Below are positions 20,198 to 28,600 of a stretch of DNA of 64,000 nucleotides, piece after piece. Under the pieces are notes generated by a model. The model saw nothing but the letters and a program-made list of their open reading frames with translations, searched no databases and was not told the DNA's origin. Position numbers and translations under genes: made by a program. How positions within the stretch are numbered: the stretch's first letter is position 1; every line of letters starts with the position of its first letter. Source of the stretch: a virus; the IMG/VR virus record IMGVR_UViG_3300025264_002028, positions 1 to 64,000 of that record; one strand, written 5' to 3'.

Positions 20198-20623
20198 TTA
20201 TCTTTCTTTTTTCGTTTTTTCTGAAATTAAAAATGACTCTAAGTCACTTCTGGTGGTAGTAGAAAGCATTATATTTATTTCTGGTATAGCAAACAAGATC
20301 CAATGCCACATAAGACCACCTATAAGATAAGCAGGATTAATTTCTGGGACAGCCTCAAGTATCATATAACTATAAGCCATACACAACATTATTCTAATAG
20401 GCATAAGTCCTAGTGTAGCGGGTACTAAAAGCGCATTGTTGTTATGAAATCTCCAAAAGGGAATCATCCAACTCAATGTAAAAATTAACATTGGAGGAAT
20501 GGATGCTAGTAAGGTTTTTCCTAATATAGGTTTAATCATATACAAAGGTAACACAATGATCAAAAACGAACACGCTATTAAACTTACGAGCAAAATTAGA
20601 TTATGTTTTAAAACTGTATTCAT
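20198..20623 (-). CDS. Small integral membrane protein (about 4 TM helices)
   Basis: 141 aa with four hydrophobic segments, tightly packed between lat and fba. Confidence 0.6.
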   Translation of the reverse strand: MNTVLKHNLILLVSLIACSFLIIVLPLYMIKPILGKTLLASIPPMLIFTLSWMIPFWRFHNNNALLVPATLGLMPIRIMLCMAYSYMILEAVPEINPAYLIGGLMWHWILFAIPEINIMLSTTTRSDLESFLISEKTKKER

Positions 20624-20626
20624 ACA

Positions 20627-21844
20627 TCAACTTTCCTTTTGTAATTCATAAATAGCATCATCAATAAAACTACAAGCGATATCTGCGTCCTCCTTAGAAA
20701 ATGTTAAAGCAGGCCTTAGTCTAATAGACTTTGTTCCACATGTTAATACTAACATTTTTTTTTGTAACACATCTTTCAATCTATCTCTTTTGGGTGTAGT
20801 ATCTAAATCAAAGGCTATCATCAACCCTTGGCCACGAACATTTTTTAGTTCTTTTCTATCGGATAAAGCATTCATAAAATGGGTGCCTACTTGAGCCGCA
20901 TTTACTACTAGATTTTCTTTTTTTATAGTATCTATAATATATTGGAACCTTACCATATCTACTATATTGCCGCCCCACGTAGAATTAATTCTTCCACTAG
21001 TAGAGAAGACATTTTCTTTTACCTCGTCTATTCTTTCGGTAGCACAAAACCCACAGACTTGTGTCTTCTTTCCGAAGCACATCATGTCAGGGATTACACC
21101 AAAGTGTTCATATGCCCACATTCTACCAGTAGCTCCTAATCCTGTTTGAACTTCATCAAATATGAGCATGGATTCATATGTATCTGCTAAGCTTCTTAGC
21201 TCATGAAAAACTTGAGGGTTAAAATGTCTATCTCCTCCTTCCCCCTGAATGGGTTCTACAACAATAGCTGCAACATCATGATGCATATATTGATCAAGCT
21301 TATCAATATCGTAAATAGTTGACCAATTAAACTGCGGGAAAAATTTTGTTTTATTTAATTCAGTATTAGTTAGAGATAATGTATATCCAGTACGTCCATG
21401 AAACGCTTTATACAGATGGACCACATCCATCCCATTGACTGATTCTTGATTGTATATACCTAATTTTTGGGCCTTCCAATCAAATGCTGCCTTCAGAGCA
21501 TTTTCTACTCCTAAGGCGCCCCCATCAATAAAAAAATAATGACTAAAATCTGGAGTTATTTCTGCAAATTTTTCTACAAAATTCACGTAGTCCCTAGAAT
21601 ACATATCACTATTGGCTAGTTTATGGAGGGCCGCTTTTCCTAAGTGGAATTGGGCACTAACAAGTGACGGATGATTCCAGCCTAGAGGTTGACTAGCAAA
21701 CTGAGAATAACAGTCTAAAAAATGTTGACCTGTTTCTGCATCTATAATCCAAGAGCCATGGCTTTCCTCAGGGTCTACAACAACATGAAAACCATCAGTA
21801 AGTATATGCTTAGACAATCTACTCATAATGTCAGGGTTAGGCAT
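20627..21844 (-). CDS. lat: L-lysine 6-aminotransferase (class III PLP aminotransferase)
   Basis: SQFASQPLGWNHP, GALGVENALKAAFDWK, AFHGRTGY, EPIQGEGGD, DEVQTG, PLP-Lys FGKKTQVCG, RINSTWGGNIVDMVR. Confidence 0.88.
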   Translation of the reverse strand: MPNPDIMSRLSKHILTDGFHVVVDPEESHGSWIIDAETGQHFLDCYSQFASQPLGWNHPSLVSAQFHLGKAALHKLANSDMYSRDYVNFVEKFAEITPDFSHYFFIDGGALGVENALKAAFDWKAQKLGIYNQESVNGMDVVHLYKAFHGRTGYTLSLTNTELNKTKFFPQFNWSTIYDIDKLDQYMHHDVAAIVVEPIQGEGGDRHFNPQVFHELRSLADTYESMLIFDEVQTGLGATGRMWAYEHFGVIPDMMCFGKKTQVCGFCATERIDEVKENVFSTSGRINSTWGGNIVDMVRFQYIIDTIKKENLVVNAAQVGTHFMNALSDRKELKNVRGQGLMIAFDLDTTPKRDRLKDVLQKKMLVLTCGTKSIRLRPALTFSKEDADIACSFIDDAIYELQKES

Positions 21845-22617
21845 TTTACAGCTCCTCCAGATTTCATGAATTCTGACATATTGCAGGTAATCGCATTACT
21901 AAACAGATTACCACAATTATTTGCAGGGGTAACGACTTGACTTTTAACAGAAACGCTATTGCATATAAAATTATATGCTTCCTCTTCCGACACACTGCTA
22001 ATTTTGACACTAAGATTTTCTTGAGCAATATATTGTACCAATTTAGTCATGCCACCTACCAACGATTCAGGAGTAAAGGCCTTTTCATAAAAACAAATAT
22101 GATTATCAGAAACAAATAAACAGGTATCTAGATGGTAGAAGTTTGGATTTTTTAATTCTAAAGAGATATAATCTACGTCAAAAATATCTGCTACCATTGA
22201 GTGTGATTCTTTATCAGTTCTAAATCCATGTCCCATAAATAGCAAGTCTCTAAAGAAGAGGGCGTCTCCAGCTCCTTCAAAATGAATATCATCGGGAAGC
22301 AATATAGTTTCGTAACCGTGTTGAAGAAACCATTTTTCAAATAGGTCTTTTTCACCTCGCCTTTCCTTGTGTTTAAAATTTGACAGAATCACTTGCTTGT
22401 CTTTTACAAGACCAGCATTAGCTGTAAAAACCATATCAGGAAAATCTGCATGAGGACGTATATGTTCTATTTTTGCTCCAGCGGAGCTTAATGCATCAAT
22501 CATAGTCCGCCATTGAGACATCGCCAGACTTTCATTTGGATTATTATGAATATCCATCCACGGATTAATTTCGTAGCGGACATCAAAATATTCTGGGGAG
22601 CACAATAAAACTTTCAT
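21823..22617 (-). CDS. Amidinotransferase/pentein-family hydrolase (arginine dihydrolase ArgZ/AgrE N-domain-like or DDAH-like)
   Basis: YEINPWM, PDMVFTANAGLV, FEGAGDAL, YHLDTC, catalytic Cys in KSGGAVKCLTL. Confidence 0.85.
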   Translation of the reverse strand: MKVLLCSPEYFDVRYEINPWMDIHNNPNESLAMSQWRTMIDALSSAGAKIEHIRPHADFPDMVFTANAGLVKDKQVILSNFKHKERRGEKDLFEKWFLQHGYETILLPDDIHFEGAGDALFFRDLLFMGHGFRTDKESHSMVADIFDVDYISLELKNPNFYHLDTCLFVSDNHICFYEKAFTPESLVGGMTKLVQYIAQENLSVKISSVSEEEAYNFICNSVSVKSQVVTPANNCGNLFSNAITCNMSEFMKSGGAVKCLTLTL

Positions 22618-24110
22618 TTCATCCCCTGTGGAAATGCTAGGGTTTCGTCATGGTTTACTGTCCACGATACCTCGTGTGTTACAGCCCTGAAAGTCCGAGC
22701 AGCCGAAGGATATCCATTGCCAGACTTTTTCACGCCGCCAAACGCAAGATGAGACTCAGCAGCAATAGAGCCGCCGTTCCAATAACACATTCCATACTCA
22801 CAATAATCACGACATCGTCTAGCCTTTTTAAAGTCTTCTGTGACCACTCCAACAGCCAACCCATAATCTGTGTCATTATAAATACGAATAGCATCATCAA
22901 CATTATCAAAAGGAATAATTGCAACGTGTGGTCCAAATACTTCATTTTTAAGATAAGGCGCGTCACGCCATTCAGTTTGGTAAGCTAGTGGGCTAACAAA
23001 ATGTCCGGGCGGCGTATACTTAGGCTCTATCAGAACCGTAGCTTCTGAATCTTGCATGACCATATCATTAAAACCTAATACTCTATCAAGTTGTTGTTGA
23101 TTAATAAGAGGACCCATATAGGCATTTTCATTGGGCTGTGACTGAGTTAGCAAAGAGTCGTCTGTAAAAGGAGGTCCTGTCTTTATTTGTTTTGCATAAT
23201 GGACAAAGGATTCACAAAACTTATCATAGATTCCCCGCTGTACAATGATTCTTCCAGAAGATACGCATCTTTGCCCTGATAGTTTAAAAGCACTAGCAAT
23301 AGAGGAAGAAACAGCTAGGTCAAAATTAGCATCATCAAACACTATAACAGCAGACTTACTACCCATTTCACAGGAACAAGTTTTGTGCCAGCTATGAGCG
23401 CAAACATATCTAATATGTTGACCTACTTCAGCGCTGCCTGTAAAGCAAATATGGTCTACGTTCTGACGGGCGAGATAATCACCTACCTTACCGTCTCCAT
23501 GAAGTAGATTAATTACTCCCGGAGGAACTCCAGCATCATGATACAGCTCCATAGCTAGTTGTGACGTGTAAGGAGCGTCTTCACTTGGTTTGAGAATGAC
23601 AGTATTACCCTCAACAATAGCAGGGGCAGCACACCAAAAAGCACCAATGGCCAGAGGAAAATTCCAAGGACTAATAATAGCGACCACCCCTTTAGGTTTT
23701 CGCAGCATATAGGAGTCTTTTTCAGAAATTTCGGACGCAACGGATTCTCCCTGTGGGGTGCGCCCAGAGCCAAAAGCATATTGAGCCATGTGTAGTGCTT
23801 CATTTACTTCGGCAATAGACTCGTTATAATTTTTCCCAGTTTCATGGGATATTGCACGGGCTAATACTTCTCGACGCTCTTCAATCAACTTAGCAACTTC
23901 ATACAAATATTCTGCACGTTGCACCCTACTTACATCGCGCCAACTATGAAAAGCTTTTCTGGCATGGGCATACGTCTCTTCTATCTCTGCTTCGGTAGAG
24001 TTAAAAAAAACACCCAAAGACTGTTCGGTACAAGGATCTAGATTATCGAAGAATGAATCCGAAGCACTACCAACAAATTGACCATTAATATAGTTTTGAG
24101 CGTCCCACAT
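22614..24110 (-). CDS. Aldehyde dehydrogenase (candidate aminoadipate/glutamate semialdehyde dehydrogenase)
   Basis: ISPWNFP, LKPSE, FTGS, CEMGSK, catalytic GQRC, EVFGP, FGGVKKSG. Confidence 0.92.
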   Translation of the reverse strand: MWDAQNYINGQFVGSASDSFFDNLDPCTEQSLGVFFNSTEAEIEETYAHARKAFHSWRDVSRVQRAEYLYEVAKLIEERREVLARAISHETGKNYNESIAEVNEALHMAQYAFGSGRTPQGESVASEISEKDSYMLRKPKGVVAIISPWNFPLAIGAFWCAAPAIVEGNTVILKPSEDAPYTSQLAMELYHDAGVPPGVINLLHGDGKVGDYLARQNVDHICFTGSAEVGQHIRYVCAHSWHKTCSCEMGSKSAVIVFDDANFDLAVSSSIASAFKLSGQRCVSSGRIIVQRGIYDKFCESFVHYAKQIKTGPPFTDDSLLTQSQPNENAYMGPLINQQQLDRVLGFNDMVMQDSEATVLIEPKYTPPGHFVSPLAYQTEWRDAPYLKNEVFGPHVAIIPFDNVDDAIRIYNDTDYGLAVGVVTEDFKKARRCRDYCEYGMCYWNGGSIAAESHLAFGGVKKSGNGYPSAARTFRAVTHEVSWTVNHDETLAFPQGMK

Positions 24111-24111
24111 A

Positions 24112-24600
24112 TTATAATCCTTTAGTACTGTTCATTAGGTTTTTAACATTATTTTGACAAAATCCCTTATCTCCTCTCTCTATAAGCTCTATAATAATAC
24201 CCCCTAAATGATCTAAAGGTTTAGTAAATATTTGTCTCATATTATCATCGGGGCAATCAATGACATTTTCTGTGAGAAACTCTACTCCCTTTTCCTTCCA
24301 CTCCTTCACTTTATCTTCTATATGAAGAACTTGATAGGCCATATGATGAATGCCCCCTGTTCCTCCTCGCTCTTGTACCCATTTGTCTACAATAGAATCA
24401 GTTGTTCCATTGGATACAAAAATTTCAGGAGAAATATGACGTGCGCCAGCAGCTGGCTCTAGGACTAGGCATTCGGCCGTAGACTCATCATCAAATTTAA
24501 TTTCAAACTCTGTGACTGTTCTATAGTTCAGAGTTGCCTTCAGAAATTCTGCGGCCTTATGTCTGTCCGTAACTCTATATGCTATGTGATCTAATCTCAT
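24112..24600 (-). CDS. VOC-fold protein resembling the stand-alone C-terminal catalytic domain of HPPD
   Basis: LDHIA, GGIHHMAY, RQIFTKP and IELIER..GFCQNN give a His-His-Glu metal triad in 162 aa. Confidence 0.75.
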   Translation of the reverse strand: MRLDHIAYRVTDRHKAAEFLKATLNYRTVTEFEIKFDDESTAECLVLEPAAGARHISPEIFVSNGTTDSIVDKWVQERGGTGGIHHMAYQVLHIEDKVKEWKEKGVEFLTENVIDCPDDNMRQIFTKPLDHLGGIIIELIERGDKGFCQNNVKNLMNSTKGL

Positions 24601-24611
24601 TAAATGCTTTC

Positions 24612-24697
24612 AAAAAAAAACGGGTTTTATCGAGTTTGATCAGTACAGAATGGGGGACCCGAAACCATCTGCAAACTAAAGCCGCTGACCAAACCGG
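24612..24697 (-). ncRNA. Candidate structured cis-regulatory leader (riboswitch/attenuator-like) upstream of the amino-acid operon
   Basis: Nested stems 24634-24643/24685-24694 and 24644-24653/24665-24673. Their mismatches are G-U wobbles only on the - strand. Loop CGGGU is complementary to downstream ACCCG. U9 tract at 24612-24620. Confidence 0.5.
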
Positions 24698-25039
24698 CTA
24701 TTCCAAAGTCTTTTTCTCCTGATTCCATTTCATCCATCCATTATCGGGGAGCCAGTTTCCATCTATATCTTTACGTTTGGGAAATAGTCCACCGCCCTTT
24801 TTGTTTACCCCAAAGGCCAACTTAGCATGACACTTCTTGCACTTCAGCTCAAAGTACTCATTACCTTCATTTTCCCTTACAATATATCTTAGGTTATCCG
24901 ACCCACATTTGCCACATGTATTTTCAGAAAAAACCTCCTGAAATACAGATAAATCCTTGAAAACATCCTTAACGGTTTCAGCTTCAAATTCAACCGATAC
25001 GTTACCCGTGCTACATTTTACTCTCATAATCATCTCCAA
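24698..25039 (-). CDS. Hypothetical zinc-ribbon protein
   Basis: CGKC...CKKC; overlaps the upstream stop. Confidence 0.65.
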   Translation of the reverse strand: MEMIMRVKCSTGNVSVEFEAETVKDVFKDLSVFQEVFSENTCGKCGSDNLRYIVRENEGNEYFELKCKKCHAKLAFGVNKKGGGLFPKRKDIDGNWLPDNGWMKWNQEKKTLE

Positions 25040-25791
25040 TTTTTATCATAGCCTACAATATTGGCTGGAATCTTTTTTTGTTTATTTTGATACTCATTAA
25101 GAACCGCAAGCATTGTAGACGCGGTTTTCTTACTAACTTCCGTAATATCAGCGTATTGATTTTCCCCCATATTAATAAAACCCATAACATTAATTTCTAA
25201 CTGCTTACACTTGTTGTCAATAAAATTAGCTTGAGCAGAACTAATGGAATCATTCTCCTTCCACTCTCCATCAGTTGCCTTTTCTACTTTAATAGACTCC
25301 CTTACAATAGAGGCCACGTCTTTTTTAGCCAGCTCTTCAGCCGCCAAACATCTAACCTTTAAAGCTTTACGTAGGGCACGACCTTCCGCCCTAGTGCTTG
25401 CAGTGGCTACTGGATGGGCACAAAACAAATCGTCTGTGTTACCATGCCACACGTCAGCTACATCCGCAAATATTCTATGTTCTCCACTATTCCCCCAGTT
25501 AATGATAACCTCAAATACTACAGTTGCTCGTCCCGGACCATTGTTATCTTCAGCTGGAAAAACTTGAGAAGGTCGGCTACTTATAATATCTCCTAGTAGC
25601 TCTTCCGCCACACGGCGTAACCCAGCACAAATAGGATTTTTATCAATCAATTCATGTGGCTCAAACTTGGACATTACATAGTCGTTCCATTCCTTCGATC
25701 CATATCTTGGGCCATCTTCCGCTTTTTCCATAATAACCACATCTTGTTCAGTAATCTGTTCTGTTTCAAATAAATCTTGATCAATTGCCAT
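25030..25791 (-). CDS. Putative Rad52/Sak-like single-strand annealing protein
   Basis: ATASTRAEGRALRKAL...AAEE motif resembles Rad52-superfamily phage annealases. Confidence 0.5.
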   Translation of the reverse strand: MAIDQDLFETEQITEQDVVIMEKAEDGPRYGSKEWNDYVMSKFEPHELIDKNPICAGLRRVAEELLGDIISSRPSQVFPAEDNNGPGRATVVFEVIINWGNSGEHRIFADVADVWHGNTDDLFCAHPVATASTRAEGRALRKALKVRCLAAEELAKKDVASIVRESIKVEKATDGEWKENDSISSAQANFIDNKCKQLEINVMGFINMGENQYADITEVSKKTASTMLAVLNEYQNKQKKIPANIVGYDKNWR

Positions 25792-26567
25792 TAAGAAATC
25801 TCCAATTCAATAAGTCTTTCGTCTTGAGGCGGAAAACTAGCTTCTATTTTTTCAATTTCAGGATACACTAAATCCCATAGTCTCCTTTTCACGCTGTGCG
25901 ATATGTGTTTGCATAGATACTTCACCCTTATTATACAATAACCTTTGGAAATAAGCAACCCATTTTTAATAGAATCATACTTAATATAGTTTCTAAGGTG
26001 CTTCTCTCCAAACAAAGGAGTAAAATGTTGTGGTCCATCTATTTCAATCGCTATTCCCAAATCGGGAAGAAAAAGGTCTATCTCAAATTTTTCTCCTTCA
26101 ATCAAATGCTTCTTATGAATTATAGTACTGTATCCAGATTTTGTCAATTCAGAATATAAAAATTTTTCAGCCTTTGATCCTTCAATACTACTCTTTCTCA
26201 GGGCTTCCGCCGCTTTTTTACGCATCAAACGCTTCTCGCCGTCTCCTAATTTGTCCCATCGTTTTTTGGCTTCCTCAGAGAACTTCTTTCTTTCTTCTGT
26301 GGACATTTGTTTCCATCTTTTTTCTATCGTTTTGCTAATTTGTAGCTTTTGCTCTTCTGTTTTAGGCTTACCCTTTGTGGGGTGCGTGGCTCTTCCATAT
26401 TTTAATGCGCCCTTTTGCGCCTCTGATTTACTTCGTAACTTACACCCATTTTTCTTTAGGATTCTTTCTATTTTTTTAGGATAAGTGTTGAGATTTTTAG
26501 CTATCTCATATGTACTCTTATTATTGCTATATTCCTGTATCACATAACCTTCATCTATTTGTTGCAT
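25791..26567 (-). CDS. Free-standing homing endonuclease (HTH + NUMOD3 + Vsr/DUF559-like nuclease)
   Basis: N-terminal HTH (STYEIAKNL), NUMOD3-like KGKPKTEEQKLQISK, C-terminal EIDLF...IEIDGPQH. Confidence 0.72.
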   Translation of the reverse strand: MQQIDEGYVIQEYSNNKSTYEIAKNLNTYPKKIERILKKNGCKLRSKSEAQKGALKYGRATHPTKGKPKTEEQKLQISKTIEKRWKQMSTEERKKFSEEAKKRWDKLGDGEKRLMRKKAAEALRKSSIEGSKAEKFLYSELTKSGYSTIIHKKHLIEGEKFEIDLFLPDLGIAIEIDGPQHFTPLFGEKHLRNYIKYDSIKNGLLISKGYCIIRVKYLCKHISHSVKRRLWDLVYPEIEKIEASFPPQDERLIELEIS

Positions 26568-26568
26568 G

Positions 26569-27468
26569 TTAATCTCTCCACCATTTGATCGCTTGATCCA
26601 GTTTTATTCTAGGTTTCCATGTAAGATATTTTTCAATTTTAGAAATATCTGCTAAAGTTTCTCTGGCTTCTCCGGGGCGTTCTGGGATATGGATATAATC
26701 ATTACCAATCATATTTGCTATATCAAGTATACTGTAGTTTTTACCTACTCCAACATTAAATGTTTCTCCAAAGATGTTTGGATTATTGGAAATAGCAGCG
26801 AGCCAATTAGCCCTTACAACGTCAGCTACATGTGTAAAATCTCTTCTTTGTTTACCATCTCCTACAATAGTCATAGGTTCTTTATTCTCAACTTGTCTCA
26901 AAAAAATTCCTATTACTGGAGCATATTGACCCTTGAGGGGCTGACGATCCCCATAAACATTAAAATAACGTAGAATAACCGTCTGAAGGTCGAACATTTG
27001 GTAATACATTTTACATAGTTCTTCACCAGCGACCTTTGTGACAGAGTAAGGATTTAAGCAATCATTAGACATTTCTTCTGTGAGAGGAGGTATGTTTTTT
27101 AGTCCATATGCCGACGAAGTAGATGAATATATTACCCTTTCTACATTATGTGTACGTGCCGCCTGAAGGACATTACAAGTGCCTACCACATTAGTTTGGG
27201 CTGCTTTAGTGGGGTTTTCTATAGCTGGCTGTATTCGTGATTCCGCAGCCATATGAAACACACAATTAACACCCCTAAACCACCCCTGCATTTGATCATA
27301 GTCACAGATATCAATTTTAGCTTCTATACATTCAGGATTCCAATAAAATTGTTCATTGGATACTGCGGATTCATTATCCATAACGACAACTTCATGTCTT
27401 CCCATAATCAGAAAATCAACGAGATTACTTCCTATAAATCCAGCTCCTCCAGTTACTAGATATTTCAT
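26569..27468 (-). CDS. NAD-dependent nucleotide-sugar epimerase/dehydratase (GalE/WbpP-like)
   Basis: TGGAGFIGS, YSVTK, LRYFNVYG, GDGKQRRDFTHV. Confidence 0.92.
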   Translation of the reverse strand: MKYLVTGGAGFIGSNLVDFLIMGRHEVVVMDNESAVSNEQFYWNPECIEAKIDICDYDQMQGWFRGVNCVFHMAAESRIQPAIENPTKAAQTNVVGTCNVLQAARTHNVERVIYSSTSSAYGLKNIPPLTEEMSNDCLNPYSVTKVAGEELCKMYYQMFDLQTVILRYFNVYGDRQPLKGQYAPVIGIFLRQVENKEPMTIVGDGKQRRDFTHVADVVRANWLAAISNNPNIFGETFNVGVGKNYSILDIANMIGNDYIHIPERPGEARETLADISKIEKYLTWKPRIKLDQAIKWWRD

Positions 27469-27950
27469 GACAATCCTTCATCAAAAGAAATAATACTTTT
27501 TATTTGATCCAAGTTCCAGTCGTCCACGATGCCCCTTACCGGCTTATTGCACATATTTTCTATGGCGTCTTTATGGGAATTACTACGAGCTAGAATACTG
27601 ATTCGTTCGTCTCTAAATAGGGAAGAAGCTATATTAAAACTGATTGGTTTCCGTATCCACTCTAGATCCCAAACATAGAAATATTTTTTAGAATTGTTGT
27701 TAGAATTTAACAATATCTGTGTTGATTCTAAATCTGTTGAAATTGCAAATCCATGAAAATTAGCTAGACTATAGATATTCATACAGGCAAAAAGGGAGTC
27801 ATATACGGGCGCCGCTAGATTATTATAGTAACAACTTGCACTCATTTCTAGATCTGTAGCTAATTTATTAAATTCTTTTATCATATAGAATGACATTTGA
27901 GATGGACCTAAATTATTAACTATAGCACCTAATGTTCGGCGGCCTTCCAT
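27465..27950 (-). CDS. Hypothetical protein (GT-B N-domain-like)
   Basis: 161 aa, KYFYVWDLEW motif, within the glycan cluster. Confidence 0.45.
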   Translation of the reverse strand: MEGRRTLGAIVNNLGPSQMSFYMIKEFNKLATDLEMSASCYYNNLAAPVYDSLFACMNIYSLANFHGFAISTDLESTQILLNSNNNSKKYFYVWDLEWIRKPISFNIASSLFRDERISILARSNSHKDAIENMCNKPVRGIVDDWNLDQIKSIISFDEGLS

Positions 27951-28600
27951 ATCTTTTGTCTCCAGTATTCGGGAGTTAAAGTGTTCATTTGAAATGGTTT
28001 ATTTTTAAATACAGCTTTAGTTTGATGTAATATTGATTTATTTATGTCTTCCCATTTTTCAACAAATAAAACAGGAGCATCATGATACATATCACATATT
28101 TTCTTATTATTTACAATTGATATTCCGTTTGCTATTAATATTGTATAAGTTTCTACCTCAACAGTAGATACCATAAAGCTTGCTAGGCCCACGTAACTCA
28201 AAGTGGTTTCATGTTTTGTTATGGGTAAACAAGGAATAGATTTTTGTATAGTAGACATTATTTTTTGTTTTTCTTCTGTTTCATCATCAAAAATACCAAT
28301 ATTTCTATGTGCCACCTGTGGTAATATACACCCAACTGGTCCATTTTCGATACCCCTCGGAATTGATTCTTTTTTGTGATGCTCAAGATTCAGATCACTT
28401 ACAAACCACTTGGTAATATTTCTAGGCATATTAATAGGCTCTATGATATTATCGTGTTCACAGTGAGTAATTAGCACAAAATTTGTGTCAGTATTAGACC
28501 TAAGCTCTTTACAAATATCCTTGTAATTTGATTCATCCGAATACACTATTTGATTAGAGGTACATGCAGATATATATGTTTGTTTATTAATTAGTTCCAT
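27929..28600 (-). CDS. Hypothetical protein, possibly a divergent exostosin-like glycosyltransferase
   Basis: Start moved to the ATG at 28600 (MELINK), which overlaps the upstream stop. LITH..D, KWF, SIPRGI, PVLFVEKW motifs. Confidence 0.45.
   Translation of the reverse strand: MELINKQTYISACTSNQIVYSDESNYKDICKELRSNTDTNFVLITHCEHDNIIEPINMPRNITKWFVSDLNLEHHKKESIPRGIENGPVGCILPQVAHRNIGIFDDETEEKQKIMSTIQKSIPCLPITKHETTLSYVGLASFMVSTVEVETYTILIANGISIVNNKKICDMYHDAPVLFVEKWEDINKSILHQTKAVFKNKPFQMNTLTPEYWRQKIWKAAEH

Noticed and set aside
24612-24697. Hammerhead ribozyme, tRNA or lysine riboswitch
   Set aside because: No CUGANGA core, no cloverleaf/T-loop, and far too short for the L-box lysine riboswitch; kept only as an unclassified structured leader.
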